From: Heterodontus francisci
Lineage: Eukaryota
DNA length: 64,000 nucleotides
Direction of reading: 5' to 3'
NCBI RefSeq assembly: GCF_036365525.1
Contig: NW_027141721.1
Coordinates: forward strand, 434,001 to 498,000
The position numbers were made by a program, and so were the translations under genes. Positions 23,078 to 36,355 of the stretch are shown here, piece after piece. A model generated the notes under the pieces. The model worked only from the letters and a program-made list of their open reading frames with translations. It searched no databases and was not told where the DNA came from. Each line of letters begins with the position of its first letter. Within the stretch, counting starts at the first letter, position 1.

Positions 23078-23825
23078 GAACACAAGAAATAGGAGCAGGT
23101 GTAGACCATATATCCCATCGAGCTTGCTCCATCATTCAATACAATCGTGGCTGATCTTGGGCTTCAATTCCACTTTCCTGCCTACTCCCCATATCCCTTG
23201 ATTTCCTGAGGGATCAGAAATCCCAGCCTTAAATGTATTCAATGAAGGAGCATCCACAACACTCTAGGGTAGAAAATTCCAAAGATTCACAACCCTTTGA
23301 GTGAAGCAATTTCTCCTCATCTCAGTTCGGAATGATTGATCCCCTGTCCTGAGATTTCTCATTACCTCCTTTTTTGAAAAGCCGTGTAACATCTGTCAGC
23401 GTTCAATCCGATGGCACCATTCCTGAATCTAAGGAATTCTGGAAAATCATAGCCAGTGCCTCCACTATCTCTGCAGCTATCTCTTTTAGAACCCTGGGAT
23501 GTAATCCATCTGCTCCAGGGGACTTGTCGCATTTTAATCCCTCAAATTTCTCGTAGACTTTTTCTCAATTGATATGAAAATCCTTAATTGCCTCACTCTT
23601 TTTAGCCCCCAGATAACTTCCTATTTCTGGTATGGAACTTGTGTGTTCTACTGTGAAGACAGACACAAAATATTTTTTCAATTCCCCTATTCCCCATGAT
23701 AATTTCTCCTGTCTTTACCTCTAAGGGACCAACATCAACTTTAGCTACTCTCTTACTTTTTATGTAAAAGCTCCCACCATCTGTTTTTATATTGCTGGTT
23801 AGCTTATTCGCAAATTTTATTCCCA
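23078..23825 (-). mobile_element. CR1 LINE pieces (3' tail plus internal ORF2)
   Basis: 3'UTR tail at 23078-23350 and ORF2 remnants (KSKRVAKVDVGPL, GIKFANKL). Confidence 0.75.
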
Positions 23826-24455
23826 CATCCGATGAAAGAAACTAAACCATGTCTTCATCCAGCCCTGTCAGTATGACGTGCTATTTCCTACTCCCTAATG
23901 TTTTTATCCAGCATCCATTTACATATATCTGTTTGTACACATCATTTATTTCTGTGTGCCAGCGAATTCCACATTCTCACCACTGTATAAATTCATTTCT
24001 TGGAGTTATTAGTGAGTATGATGTATTCATGACCTTCCCGACAAGTGCAGGCATCTTCTCTACCTCTACCCTATTATATTGCTTCAGAATCTTAAACACC
24101 TCTAACAGGTCACCCTCAGCATTGTCCTCAGCACTTCAGGTGTCGTCTAAACAAAGCCTGTAGAGATAAGAATTATGCACAGAGCTCCAGGTGTGGTCTA
24201 ACCGAGGTACGGGTTGAAGAGCCGTTCGATGAACCATTATACAGGTGTGGGCAGAGAAAGTGTGTGTTGTCTGTCTGGAGGTTGTGGGGAGTTAGAACAT
24301 GGGCGTTCTGCCACTCGAACGGGCACTGAACAGGTGCAGATCCGCATCCGATCAGCCAGGGCTGCTCTTCACCGAATGCTGGGTTAAATGCACCCGTTTG
24401 AAGGGAGACGTGTGAGGGTTTTTGTCAAGGCGGCCAATGACTCTGAACCGCTGTG

Positions 24456-25188
24456 TCCCATCACCAGCTGCACAGAAATACACCGCCTCGTCCGTGGCGT
24501 TCACACTCTCGATCGTCAGAGTGGATTTCTTATTGTCCAGAGTCCTGGTAATAACAAACCCGCTCTTAAAACCCTCTTCATACTGAGGTTCATTGCCGAG
24601 GTAAACAGAGCCCATTGAGAGGAATCCTCTGCTGGGGGACTGACGATACCAGTACATGTAGTCGCGAATCTTTCCTTTCTGCAGACAGTTCATTTCCACG
24701 GGTCCTGGTTGTTTAACAGCCAGTGACTGAGGCCATTGATGTATCACATCACCCCGGCAAACACCTAGAAAGAGAAATTAGAGGGAATGAACTAGTATCG
24801 ATGGAGTTACAATTGAGACGATGGGCGTCGGTGTTGCACCGAATTAACGACGGAAATTCGGTCTGTGTCCTAATTTCCTACAAGAACCTGGATCTTTACA
24901 ACTGTAAAATAGAATTGTGCAATCCAAAAGCTTGCAAGTGGTGCAAACATTAAAGAGTTAACATCATATTAATAACACTTGCCTTCCCAAACTAGGGGAC
25001 AGATGAATGAGTTCACTGTCTTATATTAAATAATCGATTACTGATTTCACAAGTCACCGCCGCTCAGTTTTATTAAGATCATTAATCATCCCTTTCAGTT
25101 GATCAAATGTAGAAGAGTGATTGGGACAGAATTTTAACCTACTCAGCGCCAGAAGGGAAATAACAAAGACGATGAAACTGAAAGGCAT
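24456..25188 (-). CDS. TRBV: V10: divergent single-copy TCR V segment (family C), probably functional
   Basis: Leader 25143-25188 (MPFSFIVFVISLLAL, GTAGGT donor); V exon 24456-24764 VIHQWP..C..YMYWYRQ..DEAVYFCAAG; CACAGCG 24449-24455, 23-bp spacer, ACAAAAACC 24417-24425. Confidence 0.92.
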
Positions 25189-25969
25189 GTTTGCGGTGGA
25201 TCTGAGAGACTTTCTGCTGGTTACTCTGGGTTTTAAGGGAGGGAGAGAGATGAGGTGTAGGCAGATCGGATCGTCATAAGAGGAAGTTATCTCAAGGCAA
25301 TGATCCCCGCCCCTACCTTTAAGTTGTTCCCCCATTCTTTTGCTTGCTTCCTTCTGCTACCTTTTCCTTCTTTCTTCTCTCCCCTTGTCTCCCCCTCGCC
25401 ACTTTCTGAGCTCGTGTTCACACCNNNNNNNNNNNNNNNNNNNNNNNNNNNNNNNNNNNNNNNNNNNNNNNNNNNNNNNNNNNNNNNNNNNNNNNNNNNN
25501 NNNNNNNNNNNNNNNNNNNNNNNNNNNNNNNNNNNNNNNNNNNNNNNNNNNNNNNNNNNNNNNNNNNNNNNNNNNNNNNNNNNNNNNNNNNNNNNNNNNN
25601 NNNNNNNNNNNNNNNNNNNNNNNNNNNNNNNNNNNNNNNNCTCGCCAGCTATCTGTCTGTCTATGCTGCCTATGGAATGGTGCTGTACACCACTTGAATT
25701 CCGTATTTTAAGTACACTGCTCTCCAAAATGACCCAGCAAGCCCTTCAGTTATCTACAAGGCAGCAGACACCTTCTCCAGGGCAATTAGCGATGTTGAAT
25801 AACTGCTGGCCTTCTCAGAGGGACCCTGTTCCCCAGAATGAATAAAAAAAAATCAAAGCAAGAGAAGAGATAGCAGAGGATCTGACCATCATTTTCCAGT
25901 TCTTAATTGGCTGTTAACTGTCTTGGGGCGTCTTGAAGTCGTGGAAGAGCTGAAATAATTTCTTTTTCT

Positions 25970-26480
25970 TATTCGTTCATGGGACGTGAATTTCTTTTGC
26001 AAGACCAGCAATTATTTGCCCTTGAGAAGGTGGTGAAGAGCTGCCTTTTTGAAACACTGCAGTCCATGTGGGGGAGGTACACCCACAGTGCTGTTAGGAA
26101 GGGAGTTCCAGGATTTTGACCCAGTGACAGTGAAGAAACGGCAATATAGTTCCAAGTCAGGATGGTGTGTTGCTTGGAGGGGAACTTGCAGGTGGTGGTG
26201 TTCCCATGAGTCTACTGCCCTTGTCCTTCTGGTGGTAGAGTTGGTGGGCTTGGAAGGTGCTGTCTAAGGACACTCGATGCTTTGCTGCAGTGCATCTTGT
26301 AGATGGTATACACTGCTGCCACTGTGGTGAAGGGAGTGAGTGTTGAAGGTGGTAGATGGGGTACTGAACAACCGGGCTGCTATGTCCTGGATCGTGTTGA
26401 GCTTCCTGAGTGTTGTTGGAGCTGCATCATCCAGGCAAATGGAGAGTATTCCATCACACTCCTGACTTGTACCTTGTAGA
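25970..26480 (-). mobile_element. 3' end of a CR1/L2-clade LINE
   Basis: Reverse complement of the element at 37425-37820. Confidence 0.75.
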
Positions 26481-26885
26481 TGATTGATACTCTATCCATC
26501 GCTTCACAATGGTGATGTTAACTATCTGTCTTATTTACATCATTAATTAACCTTTCAATTAATCAAGTATCGGACAGAGACTGTGACTCAGTTTTAACAT
26601 ACTCAGTGCCAGAAATTAAACGGTGTAGACGAGGACTTTGAAATTTTGCAGGGGATCTGAGACACATCTGTCTCTTTCGTTCTCTCTCTCTTCCTCGGAC
26701 CTTCTGCCATTCCCTGTCATTCAGCCCATGATGAAGGTTCAGGAATCCGGGAATCACCAGCTTGGAAAACGGCCGGTGAGGCAGGGAGAGACATTAACCA
26801 TTGTCACTGCTCCTGTATGTCTGTCAGTTGTGTTGTTCACCCTGTTGGTTTTTGTACTGGCACTAAGGCAGTCTGCAGTGCTGTG

Positions 26886-27700
26886 CTCACTGGCTGCACA
26901 GTAATACACCGCCGCATCCGCAGCCTTAACCTTGAGGACCCTCAGGCTGCATCGTTTGTCCTCGGGCCTTATAATCTTCACCTCCTCTTCAAATTTTCCT
27001 TCGTACGTGGGTGAGCTTCCAGTGAAAGAATAGCCCATTAGGGTGAGCCCCTGCCCGGCATACTGCCGATACCACAGCATAATGCTCTTTCTACTGTCAT
27101 TCTGGTAACAGTTTAATTCTGCTGGTTCGCCTCCCTTCACTGCCACCAGAGTTGGCCACTGGTGTATCACCTCTGCTAGAGTTTTGCCTTGAGAAATAAG
27201 GAGAATAGTTTAAAAAGTTTGGAACATATTGTGACATATGATAACCAACTAAACGATCCAAATAGATAATTAGATAATACTAGATAACTATATAGGCAGA
27301 CAATATATAGTTAAATGATATATTTGTAGATATATAGATAATAAACAGATAGATATAGAGATTGAAAAATAATGTAGCAAGTGAAATGAGACAGACAAAT
27401 TAACCCAGAATTAGGGCAAACTTATCGGTTAAAGATAGCTATAGTAGCGTCACGAATATATAAGTAACTTTCATTCAGTCAATAATTTCATTAAGTAAAT
27501 ATTATTTACAGTGAAAGTAAAGTATGTAGTTTAAGAAATGACAGAAAATCGACTTCAATGATGTTTTATCAATCTAGTTTCATAGAAGTTAGCAGTGAAT
27601 GAAAACACAGCATGTATTTTAGCGCAGGTATCTTTATGAACGATGACTACCTACATGGAAGAAGTGAACAGACGATTAGGAAGAGTTTGGCAAACTGCAT
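26886..27700 (-). CDS. TRBV: V11: divergent single-copy TCR V segment (family D), probably functional
   Basis: Leader 27655-27700 (MQFAKLFLIVCSLLP); V exon 26886-27187 ending DAAVYYCAASE; CACAGCA 26879-26885, 23-bp spacer, ACAAAAACC 26847-26855. Confidence 0.92.
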
Positions 27701-28988
27701 CCTGCAGACTGAAGGCTGAATCTGTTCATGAACCAATATCAGGCGGCTGAAGATAAAGCAGAGAGCGGAAATGACAGCACTGGAAGCAGGGTTTCCTTCT
27801 GACCCCTCACTTCTGGGTATGACAGAATAATAGCACCCCCTGGTCGGAAGGAGCTTGAACAAGGAACTGCTTCCCGTCTGCATCAGGCTCTCGTTGCTTG
27901 TGTCTGATTGGTGTTGTGTAGGGTAGCTCTTTCGAGCAGCCGGGCCAGGCTCGATGGGCTGAATGGCCTCGGCTCTGCTGTTGGATTTTATAAATATATA
28001 AGACACATCAAGTTGCTTCTTTGTATTTGGCAGATAAAGATTTATTTCCCCTGGGCTAAACGACAATTCAAAGATTATGTTTTACATTGGGGTGAAATGT
28101 TAGATACTTTGAAAAGCGACAGTGTCATGAAGAAGTGGGTTAACTGTTTTAAACAGATGCTCAAACCGCCGTCAGGAGGCAGGTGTTCCAGTGAGAGACC
28201 TATCTGGGGAGGTGTCTCACTTTTGCATTGTATGAATCATTGGGGACATGTACAACAGGGAGCTATGTGTAACTCTTGTCACATACCACCGACAGCTCAT
28301 TCAACAGGACCATGAGCCCATTTACCCCACCTCGGAATCTGTTCTTTACTGGTAGAGGCTGCCTTAACGAGAAGGATCTGAGCACATTGCTGCAGCATTT
28401 TTAATAATTCATAATGTATTGATGTACTCTGAGTCGAAGGAGAGCAAGAAGATGAAACTATCAGTAAAATACAAATCATGATCCATCAATAATTAAACTG
28501 GTATGGTGCAAATAGTTGTGTTAGAAAGATGATAAACGTCAGATATATGATGGATGCATATTTAGAGAGGTGAGAGACAGGTAGATAAATCGATGGCAAA
28601 TATATATATATGATCAAGATAAATAGATAGATAAATGGTGCAATATNNNNNNNNNNNNNNNNNNNNNNNNNNNNNNNNNNNNNNNNNNNNNNNNNNNNNN
28701 NNNNNNNNNNNNNNNNNNNNNNNNNNNNNNNNNNNNNNNNNNNNNNNNNNNNNNNNNNNNNNNNNNNNNNNNNNNNNNNNNNNNNNNNNNNNNNNNNNNN
28801 NNNNNNNNNNNNNNNNNNNNNNNNNNNNNNNNNNNNNNNNNNNNAGATGCACAAAGAGACACAGAAACTCGCAGATAGTCAGAGAGACAGAAAGACACTG
28901 AGATAGACAGACAGGTTTATCTCCCACAAGTGCTTTCCTCCTCCTTTAGAGTTTTTGCTGAACTCCGGCGCCTTTCTGAGTCACTGTG

Positions 28989-29508
28989 CAGACTCCAGGC
29001 ACAGTAATACACAGCTGATTGATTTTTCCATAGGCTGGAGGACTCCAGGTAAAAATGGGTGTTGTCGGGTCTCCTGGCGGTGAAACCGTCCACCTCACCG
29101 GAGGGGGTGACCGTTCCGGCAGAGGTGGAATAGAAAAGGTTCTCGTGCTCACGGTCCGGATGCCACCGGTACCAGTAGACATCGGAGCCAGCATCTGCCT
29201 TTGTGTAAATACACTGGATACTGACTGGAGAGCCTGGGGAATAGGATATGGAAGCGGGAACCTGCTGGATCAACATGGCCCCCACATCTGTAAAACAGAG
29301 AGAGAGAGAGAGAGAGAGATAAACCCAGGGACAATGTTTAAATTGATATCGGCCACGAAGAGGGGAGAGGCACGATGGGCTGAATAACCTATTGTGTGCC
29401 CTAAATGTCCCGTGTTTCTATGTAAGAAGGGAGAGGTGGGAGATGGGGAGCTGCAAAGAGAGAGAGAGAGACATAGAGTGAAAAAGAGTGAGAGAAAAAG
29501 AGAGAAGC

Positions 29509-29541
<33 letters not shown>

Positions 29542-29942
29542 AAGAGTGAGAGAAAATCAGAGAAGCAGAGAGAGAGAGAGAGAGAGAGGGAAGCACAGAC
29601 AGAGGGAGAAAAACAGCAACATTCTAGACATGGGCAACAGACATGAAGGAGCTAATAGGACAGGGAGAGAGAGCAAGAGAGACAGAGAGAAAGGGAGAGT
29701 GGGAGGGACAGACATAGAGGAACATATATCGTTAGACAGAGAGAAAGAGAGAGAGAGGAAGGAATACAAAACGAGAAAGAGAGCAGCTGAAATAACTATC
29801 ACAGTGACGGTGCCTAGTAAGGGGGTAAACCCCCAATGGGGTCACACAGGCAAAGAGCAGTGAGGATGACTGGCATCTCTCAGTCGAGTTCCACCTTACC
29901 CCTTAACACCAGCAACACAACCCAGAGGTGAGACACAGTCAT
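28989..29942 (-). CDS. TRBV: V12: family-E TCR V segment (CAWS type, related to family A), probably functional
   Basis: Leader 29900-29942 (MTVSHLWVVLLVLR); V exon 28989-29287; CACAGTG 28982-28988, 23-bp spacer, GCAAAAACT 28950-28958. Confidence 0.92.
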
Positions 29943-30361
29943 CTCTGGAGGGAGACAGATCCATGTGTTCATTGTGTGAAATCACTGAGCTGTTTTACTG
30001 CAGAATATCTAAATATTCTGAGTGACATTTACTGGCCCCTCCTCCCCAGTGTTTCATGTTCCCATTAAGGGGAGGGAAGGGTGAGGGGGTGGGTTGCAAA
30101 TTCCTGATGGTTCATTGACTCCCACATGTTGACATGTTGACAGGTCATTTCCGGGGCTGAGCTAAGGAGGCCTCAGGGGAATCCGGGGGGCCTCTGGTCA
30201 CTATTAAAGACCAGACATGATGAAGTCTAACTGCGTTTTTCTGTGTGGGTGAAATAGTTGAGAAGTGAAACATTTCAGAAGCAGCCAAGTTGACCTCTGG
30301 AGCTGCTGTGGGTAAAGCTCACTCTGTCTGAGCATGTTCTGGGCAGCTGCTGCAGTGGAGT

Positions 30362-30382
30362 AACACTGGCACCTAGTGGCTC
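30362..30382 (-). promoter_or_regulatory. Candidate CTCF site (GCCACTAGGTGCCAGTG)
   Basis: One mismatch to CCACTAGGTGGCAG; identical copy at about 46217-46236 in a duplicated block. Confidence 0.5.
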
Positions 30383-31229
30383 CAGCTGCAACTGCAAGCA
30401 CCGATTCTGCAGGCGTTTCAGTGTCAGACCCTGAACTGGTTTCAGTCATTAGTTATATTCTCCTACTCGACTCGTGTTGGCGCTTGTGGCATAGAACCAG
30501 ATGCAAGTCAATGCACAGATCGGCGCCATTCGGCCCCACAGCTCTCTGCTTCACTCCAGCCTCAACCAGTCAAATACATTTTGAAGTGCAGTCACTGTTG
30601 TAATGCAGGGAAGGAGGCAGACAAGCTGCAAGATCAAGTGCAGGGTTATTCAGAAAGAACAGGGAGTGGGAGTAATTGGACAGGGAGGATGGAAACCAGG
30701 GATCATAAATGTAAGGTAGTCCTTAATAAATCCAATTGGGAATTCAGGAGGAGGTTCTTTAACCCAGGGAGCGGTGAGAATGTGGAATTACAGACCAAAT
30801 GGAATGGGTTGAGGTCGAATAGAGACGATGCAGTTAAGGGGGAGCTGAATAAATACATGAGTGAGAAAGGAATAGAAGAATCTGTTGATAGGGTAAGATG
30901 AAGAAAGATGGGAGGAGGTCGCTCTTTCGAGCTGCCAGGCCAGGATCGATGGGCTGAATGGCCTGGATTTGACCTGCATGACACGATGACCCAATAAGAC
31001 CCGTCAACCTGCTGCCTTGTTTTGGGGCCAAGACAGTTTCTTCACTGTCACTGGGTCAAAATCCTGAAACTCCCTTCCTAACAGCACTGTGGGTTTACCT
31101 ACCCCACGTGACTGCAGCGGTTCAAGAAGGCAGCTCAGCACCACCTTCTCAATTAGATGATTAGGGATGGACAATAAATGCTGGCCTCAACCAAAGTCTC
31201 ATGAATGAATTAAAAAAAGAGAAAGTAAA

Positions 31230-31830
31230 CTCAGCAGGGGAAAAAAAACTCCAAAAAATACAACAACAACCTCAACATGCAAAAACCAAATTGAACAACA
31301 ACTTAAGCAGGGAAGGAACCAAGTACAACTAAAACCTCAGCAGGGAAAACACCAACAAACACAACAACTACCTCCACCAGTGTATTAACACCTAATCTGT
31401 ACTAATGCTTTGTCTTTCAACACACCATTAACATATTGTTTGCCTTTGCTCCGTGCCCTTTTGGTCAGCTATGTGGCCTGGTCCAATCTGGACCTCCTTT
31501 GTTACCTCTAGCCCCACCCCCACCTCACTTGCTTATAACCTGTGACTTTTCTAATATTTGTCAGTTCCGATGAAGGGTCACTGACCCGAAACGTTAACCC
31601 TGCTTCTCTTTTCACAGATGCTGCCAGACCTGCTGAGTGGTTCCAGCATTTCTTGTTTTTATTTCAGATTTCCAGCATCCGCAGTATTTTGCTTTTATTA
31701 CAACAACTACCTCAGCAGGAGATTCAAATACCAACAAATCCAACAACCTCAGTCGGAGAAAACCACCAGCAAATACAACAACAAATGCAACAACAACTTC
31801 AGCAGCAGAATGATACCAACAAATGTAACA
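31230..31830 (+). repeat. Degenerate CAA-rich minisatellite, interrupted by a Penelope-like pLTR
   Basis: caacaacaacttcagcagg-type units of about 37 bp. Confidence 0.8.
31375..31699 (+). mobile_element. Penelope-like pLTR insertion with 14-bp TSD
   Basis: TSD acaacaactacctc at 31361-31374 and 31700-31713; hammerhead-like core ccgatga-agggtcactgaccc-gaaacgtt. Confidence 0.75.
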
Positions 31831-31998
31831 GCAACTACTGGCAGCCAATGGTAGAGAGAGGGGCGTGGGTTCCCCATCAGGGAGGGAGGTGTTGGGCAAA
31901 CTTGAATCACTTGCTTGAGTCTTCATGTGGCTTCTCACAAGACTCAACGCTCTACTTTCCACTGATTTCCCAATTGCAGGTTCAGCTTCCAGTGGAAG

Positions 31999-32491
31999 AT
32001 GTATCTGTTACTGAGTCTCATGGTCTTATTTCAAAGTAAGGGATCTTTCTCACCACCACCCCACACCCCCATTGTTTGTGTTAACAGCTCTCTTTCTTAT
32101 TTTCTTTCTCTCTATCTTTCTCTCCTTCCTTCATTCTTCACATCCCAGATTGTCCCTGTTCACTGACCTTCTTCTCTCCCGGTCTCTTCCCCCAGGCGTG
32201 ATCTCAGCGAGGGTCCACCAGACTCCCACCGCAGTCTCCAGATTTCCTGGGGAGGGAGTGGGACTGGAGTGCCGTGTGGAGGGTGAGAGTAGCGGTTACA
32301 TGTTCTGGTACAGACAGGACCCGGGGAAGGAGCCGCGGCTGATGTTTTACTCCGCAGCTACACGAAGTGTGAACTCAGAGGGGACGGTGGAGGGTTTCAC
32401 TGCCAAACGACCGACTGGTTCCCAGTTCAACCTGGAGTCCACCAGCCTGCGGGAGAATCACTCGGCCCTGTATTTCTGTGCCTGGAGTCAG
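31999..32491 (+). CDS. TRBV: V13: inverted family-A-like TCR V segment, probably functional
   Basis: Leader 31999-32035 (MYLLLSLMVLFQ); V exon 32196-32491 ending YFCAWSQ; CACAGTG 32492-32498, 23-bp spacer, ACAAAAACA 32522-32530. Confidence 0.93.
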
Positions 32492-32629
32492 CACAGTGAC
32501 TCAGAGAGATGGAGCAGCTCAACAAAAACACCAACAGAAACACCTGTTTCAGATAAAAGCCTGCAGCTCTGTATCGTGTTGGGTTTATCTATTGCAGTGT
32601 GAACATGTCTTCTACATGAAGACACATAA

Positions 32630-33580
32630 AGATGTTCAAGGATGATATCAGAACTGAGAGGTTATAATGATCAGGAAAAGACTGAACAGACTGGGGCTCT
32701 TTTCTCCAGAAAAGAGAAGGCTGAGGAGTGACCTGATAGAGCTGTTTAAGATTATGAAAGGGGTTTTGATCAGATAAATGCAGAGAAGATTTTTTCCATT
32801 TGCGGGTGAGACCAGTAAAAGCAGGGGGCAGGTGCGTCAATATAATACAGTCACCAATAAATCCAATTGGGAATTCGAGAGAAACATCTTCACCCAGAGA
32901 GTGGGGAGAATGTGGAACTCACTACCACAGGCTGAGGGGAATAGGGAAGACGTATTTAAGTTGGGGGGAAGCTGGATATGACATGAGGGAGAGAGGAACA
33001 GAAGGACATGTGGCTGGGGGCGAGATGAAGAGGGCGTGGAACGACGTTCGTGCGGACCAAAAAGGCCAGCATGGAAGTGTCGGGCCGAATGGCCTATTTC
33101 TGTGCTGTCAATTCCCTGCAGCTGGAGCAAGGAGCAGGAACACCAACATTGTGGGACAAGTCAGTGGAGCTGGAGGACTGACTCCTGGGTGAGTAGCAGG
33201 AACACCACCATTGTGGGACTAGTGAGTGGAGCTGGAGGTCTGACTCCTGGGTGAGTAGCTGCTTTTCTTTGTGATCTTTATCTAAACCTGTCACAATCTT
33301 GTACACCTCTATCAGGTCTCCACGCAATCTCAGTTTCTCCAGGGAGAATAACACCAGCTTCTCCAACGTAACCTTGTAACTAAAATCCTCCATTCCTGGA
33401 TCCATTCTGGGAAATCTCCTTTGCACCCACTCAATGACCCTCACCTCCTTCATAAAATGTGATGACCAGAACTGCATGCAATTCTCCAGTTGTGGCCTAA
33501 CCAGAGCATAACTTCCCAGTTTTTGTAGGCTGTGCCTCTATTTATGAAGCCCAAGATCTCGCATTTTTTGCTAATGTCAT
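32630..33580. mobile_element. Two opposed CR1 3' fragments (+ 32630-33110; - 33265-33580)
   Basis: RRLRSDLI..FTQRVGRMWNSLP on + strand; WVQRRFPRMDPG..RLRGDLIEVYK on - strand. Confidence 0.8.
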
Positions 33581-33699
33581 AGGTTTTTCTATTCCCATAT
33601 TCTTTGCTACTGTTTCGAAGTACGGCCCCTGATGAAATGTAGGAAGAGTGGAAGCCCGTTTCTACAAGGCAAGATCCCAGGAACAGACAACGTGCAGAT

Positions 33700-34560
33700 C
33701 CTGCTGAAGTTGTTGTTGAGTTTGTTGGTGTTTTTCCTGTTGAGGTTGTTGTTGAATTTGTTGGTATTTTTCCTGCTGAGGTTGTTGTTGAATTTGTTGG
33801 TGTAATACTCCTGCTGAAGTTGTTGTTCAATTTTATTGGTGTTTTTCTCCTGCTGAAGTTGTTGTTGACTTTGTTGATGTTTTTCTCCTGCTAAACCTGT
33901 TGTTGGCATTGTTGGTGTTTTTCCTGTTGAAAGCGTTGTTGAATTTGATGGTGTTTTTCCTGTTGAAGTTGTTGTTGAATTTGCTGGTGTTTTTATCCTG
34001 CTGCAGTTGCTGTTGAATTTGTTGGTTTTTTTCTCCTGCTGAAATTGTTTTTGTAATTGTTGGTGTTATGTCCTGTTGAAGTTGTTGTTGAATTTGTTGA
34101 TGTTTTTCCTGTAATAAATTGTTGTTGAACTTGTTGGTGTTTTTCCTGTTGAAGTTGTTTAGTTCAGAGTTTAGTTTAGAGATACAGCACTGAAACAGGC
34201 CCTACGGCCTACCATGTCTGTGCCAACCACCAACCACCAATTTATACAAATCCAACACTAATTCCATATTCCTACCACATCCCAACCTGTCCCTGTATTT
34301 CCCTGCCACCTACCTTTACCACGGGCAATGTATAATGGCATGTGGGAGGAAACCGGAGCACCCACAGGAAACCCACGCAGACACAGGGAGAACTTGCAAA
34401 CTCCACACAGGCAGAATTGAACCCGGGTCGCTGGAGCTATGAGGCTGCGGTGCTAACAACTGGGCCACTGTGCCGCCCTTTTCATTGGTGCTTTTATTTT
34501 TCCTGTTGAAGTTATTGTTGAATTTGTTAGTGTTTTTTTGTGCTGCAGTTGTTTTTGTAT
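33700..34560 (-). repeat. CAA-rich minisatellite in reverse orientation, interrupted by a SINE
   Basis: cctgctgaagttgttgttgaatttgttggtg units, reverse complement of the 41740-42620 array. Confidence 0.9.
34160..34480 (-). mobile_element. HE1-type tRNA-derived V-SINE
   Basis: Head GGGCGGCACAGTGG..GGTTCAATTC, V-domain TGTGTGGAGTTTGCA..TCTCCCTGTGTCTGCGTGGGTTTCC, CR1-like (CTAAA)n tail. Confidence 0.85.
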
Positions 34561-35969
34561 TTTTGGGGGGTTTTCTCCTCCGGGGGACAGCAGAGGGCGA
34601 GCTAGCACCAGGAAACACATCAGACTTCACCAATATTGATTAAAAAAACATCGTTTATGTTGTTCTGTAAAATTGTTTCCTTTCTCTCTCTCTTCATGCC
34701 TGTTTCTCTGTCTCTGTTGCTCTTGTTATTTTTCCTCTCTCACACACACTCACTCTCATTCTCTTTCTTTATCCCTGTCTCTCTTTCCTTCTCTCATTTC
34801 CTCTCAGCTCTGTTGCTTTTTCTGTCTCTCACACGCACACCCATTCTCATTCTCTCTCTTTATCTCACTCTCTTCTTTCCTTCCCCTCTCTTTCTCGCCT
34901 CTCATTTCCTCGCTTACTCTTGCTGTCTGTCTCTATTTCTCTCTCAAACGCACTCAGTCTCATTCTGTCTCTCTGTCTCTAATTAATTCTGCCTATCTCC
35001 TCTCATTTCCTGTCTCTGTTTCGCTCTGTCTCTGTCTCTCCCTGTCTGTCTCTACACCTCCTATTGCCTCATTCTCTCTATCTGTCACTCGTTCTCTCAA
35101 TCTCTCTCTCTCTCTCTCTCTTTCGAACTAATTTTCCCTGAATCATTCCATCTCTCAGTGGCTTTGTTGATCAGTCTGTCTCTCTCTCTCTGTCTTTGCC
35201 TCACTCTACCTCTCCCTTGCTCCCTCCCAGTTGTTCTCTCTCTCTCATTCTCTCTTTATTTCTCTCTATGTGGGGTTCCCCGGGATGGCCTCTCCCTGTC
35301 CGGCTCTGTTCCCCTCTAAGGTTTTGTTGGTATGATGTGGTCAGAGGGTGCTCTGCAAGGAATACAACGCCAGTGACACTGGTTATTTGACCTATCTGCA
35401 GTTTCCACAGCAGCAGGGGCGGTTTGATCACACTGCTTATAACGAGCCTCCTCCTCTGAAAAGAATCTCAAAGTAGTTTGAGATCTGCTTTCCATATTCC
35501 TGCTTTCCAGCTTTAAGACAGGAAGCACCACTGTCCCCATTTGGTCCCATTGTTGATGAAATTAATGTTCGTAATAATTACTTTATGCATTGCTTACATA
35601 ATCTCCTCGTCAACCAAACTGAAATGATTTACCGTTCCTTGATGTGAACAGCAGTTAGGATTATTCTGACAGAGTATCATCATTAAACATTACCAATTTT
35701 CCTCTTTCACAGATGCAGACTGAGCTGGTTTGTGTTCATCCTTCCGACTTTGGTGCATTTATAGTTTTATCAATGTAATAAATCTGATTTATAATTGGGC
35801 TTAACCTGTGGAGCAAATATAAGTATGAATGTAGCAGCGCGACTGGAGAAGAATAATTTGTCTCCTTCTTATTCCCTCTCTTCTGCTTTTGCCTCTGTCC
35901 CTCCCTGTAACCCTGTATCATTCTCTCCCCATTGATCTGCCATCCTGTGTGAAGAATCTTGTTAGATGT

Positions 35970-36254
35970 TAGATCGTTCTCCAGTCCCCAGCGGTCAACG
36001 CCCTGGTTCCCGTGGAGGAACCCATGTTCCACAGAAGCATTGGGCAGGACAACATGACTGAGTGTTGTTTGGACTGGTACTTGCAGATTGGTGACTGCCT
36101 GGAATGGATCAGATAGAGTGTACTTTCTGCATCTAACTACAGGAAAAGGATTGAAACCCAGCACAAGACTCAGGCCAACACTTTCACTCCGTCCTTGAAA
36201 AGCTCCCGAGTCCACGCCAACAGCACTTACTACTGCAGGGCTCACAAGGATACA
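35970..36254 (+). pseudogene. V14: inverted, highly diverged V pseudogene (absent from the ORF track)
   Basis: IVLQSPAVNALVP..DWYLQIGDCLEWIR*..STYYCRAHKDT; Cys23 lost, TAG stop; CACAGTG 36255-36261, 15-bp spacer, GCAAAAACT 36277-36285; leader not identified. Confidence 0.8.
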
Positions 36255-36355
36255 CACAGTGCAACTAGAATGCTCAGCAAAAACTTGGGAATTGTGTAAT
36301 ACACCTTAGCCCAGTCTCTGGGGGTATGGTAGCATTGCTGTTATCTTACATCTCA

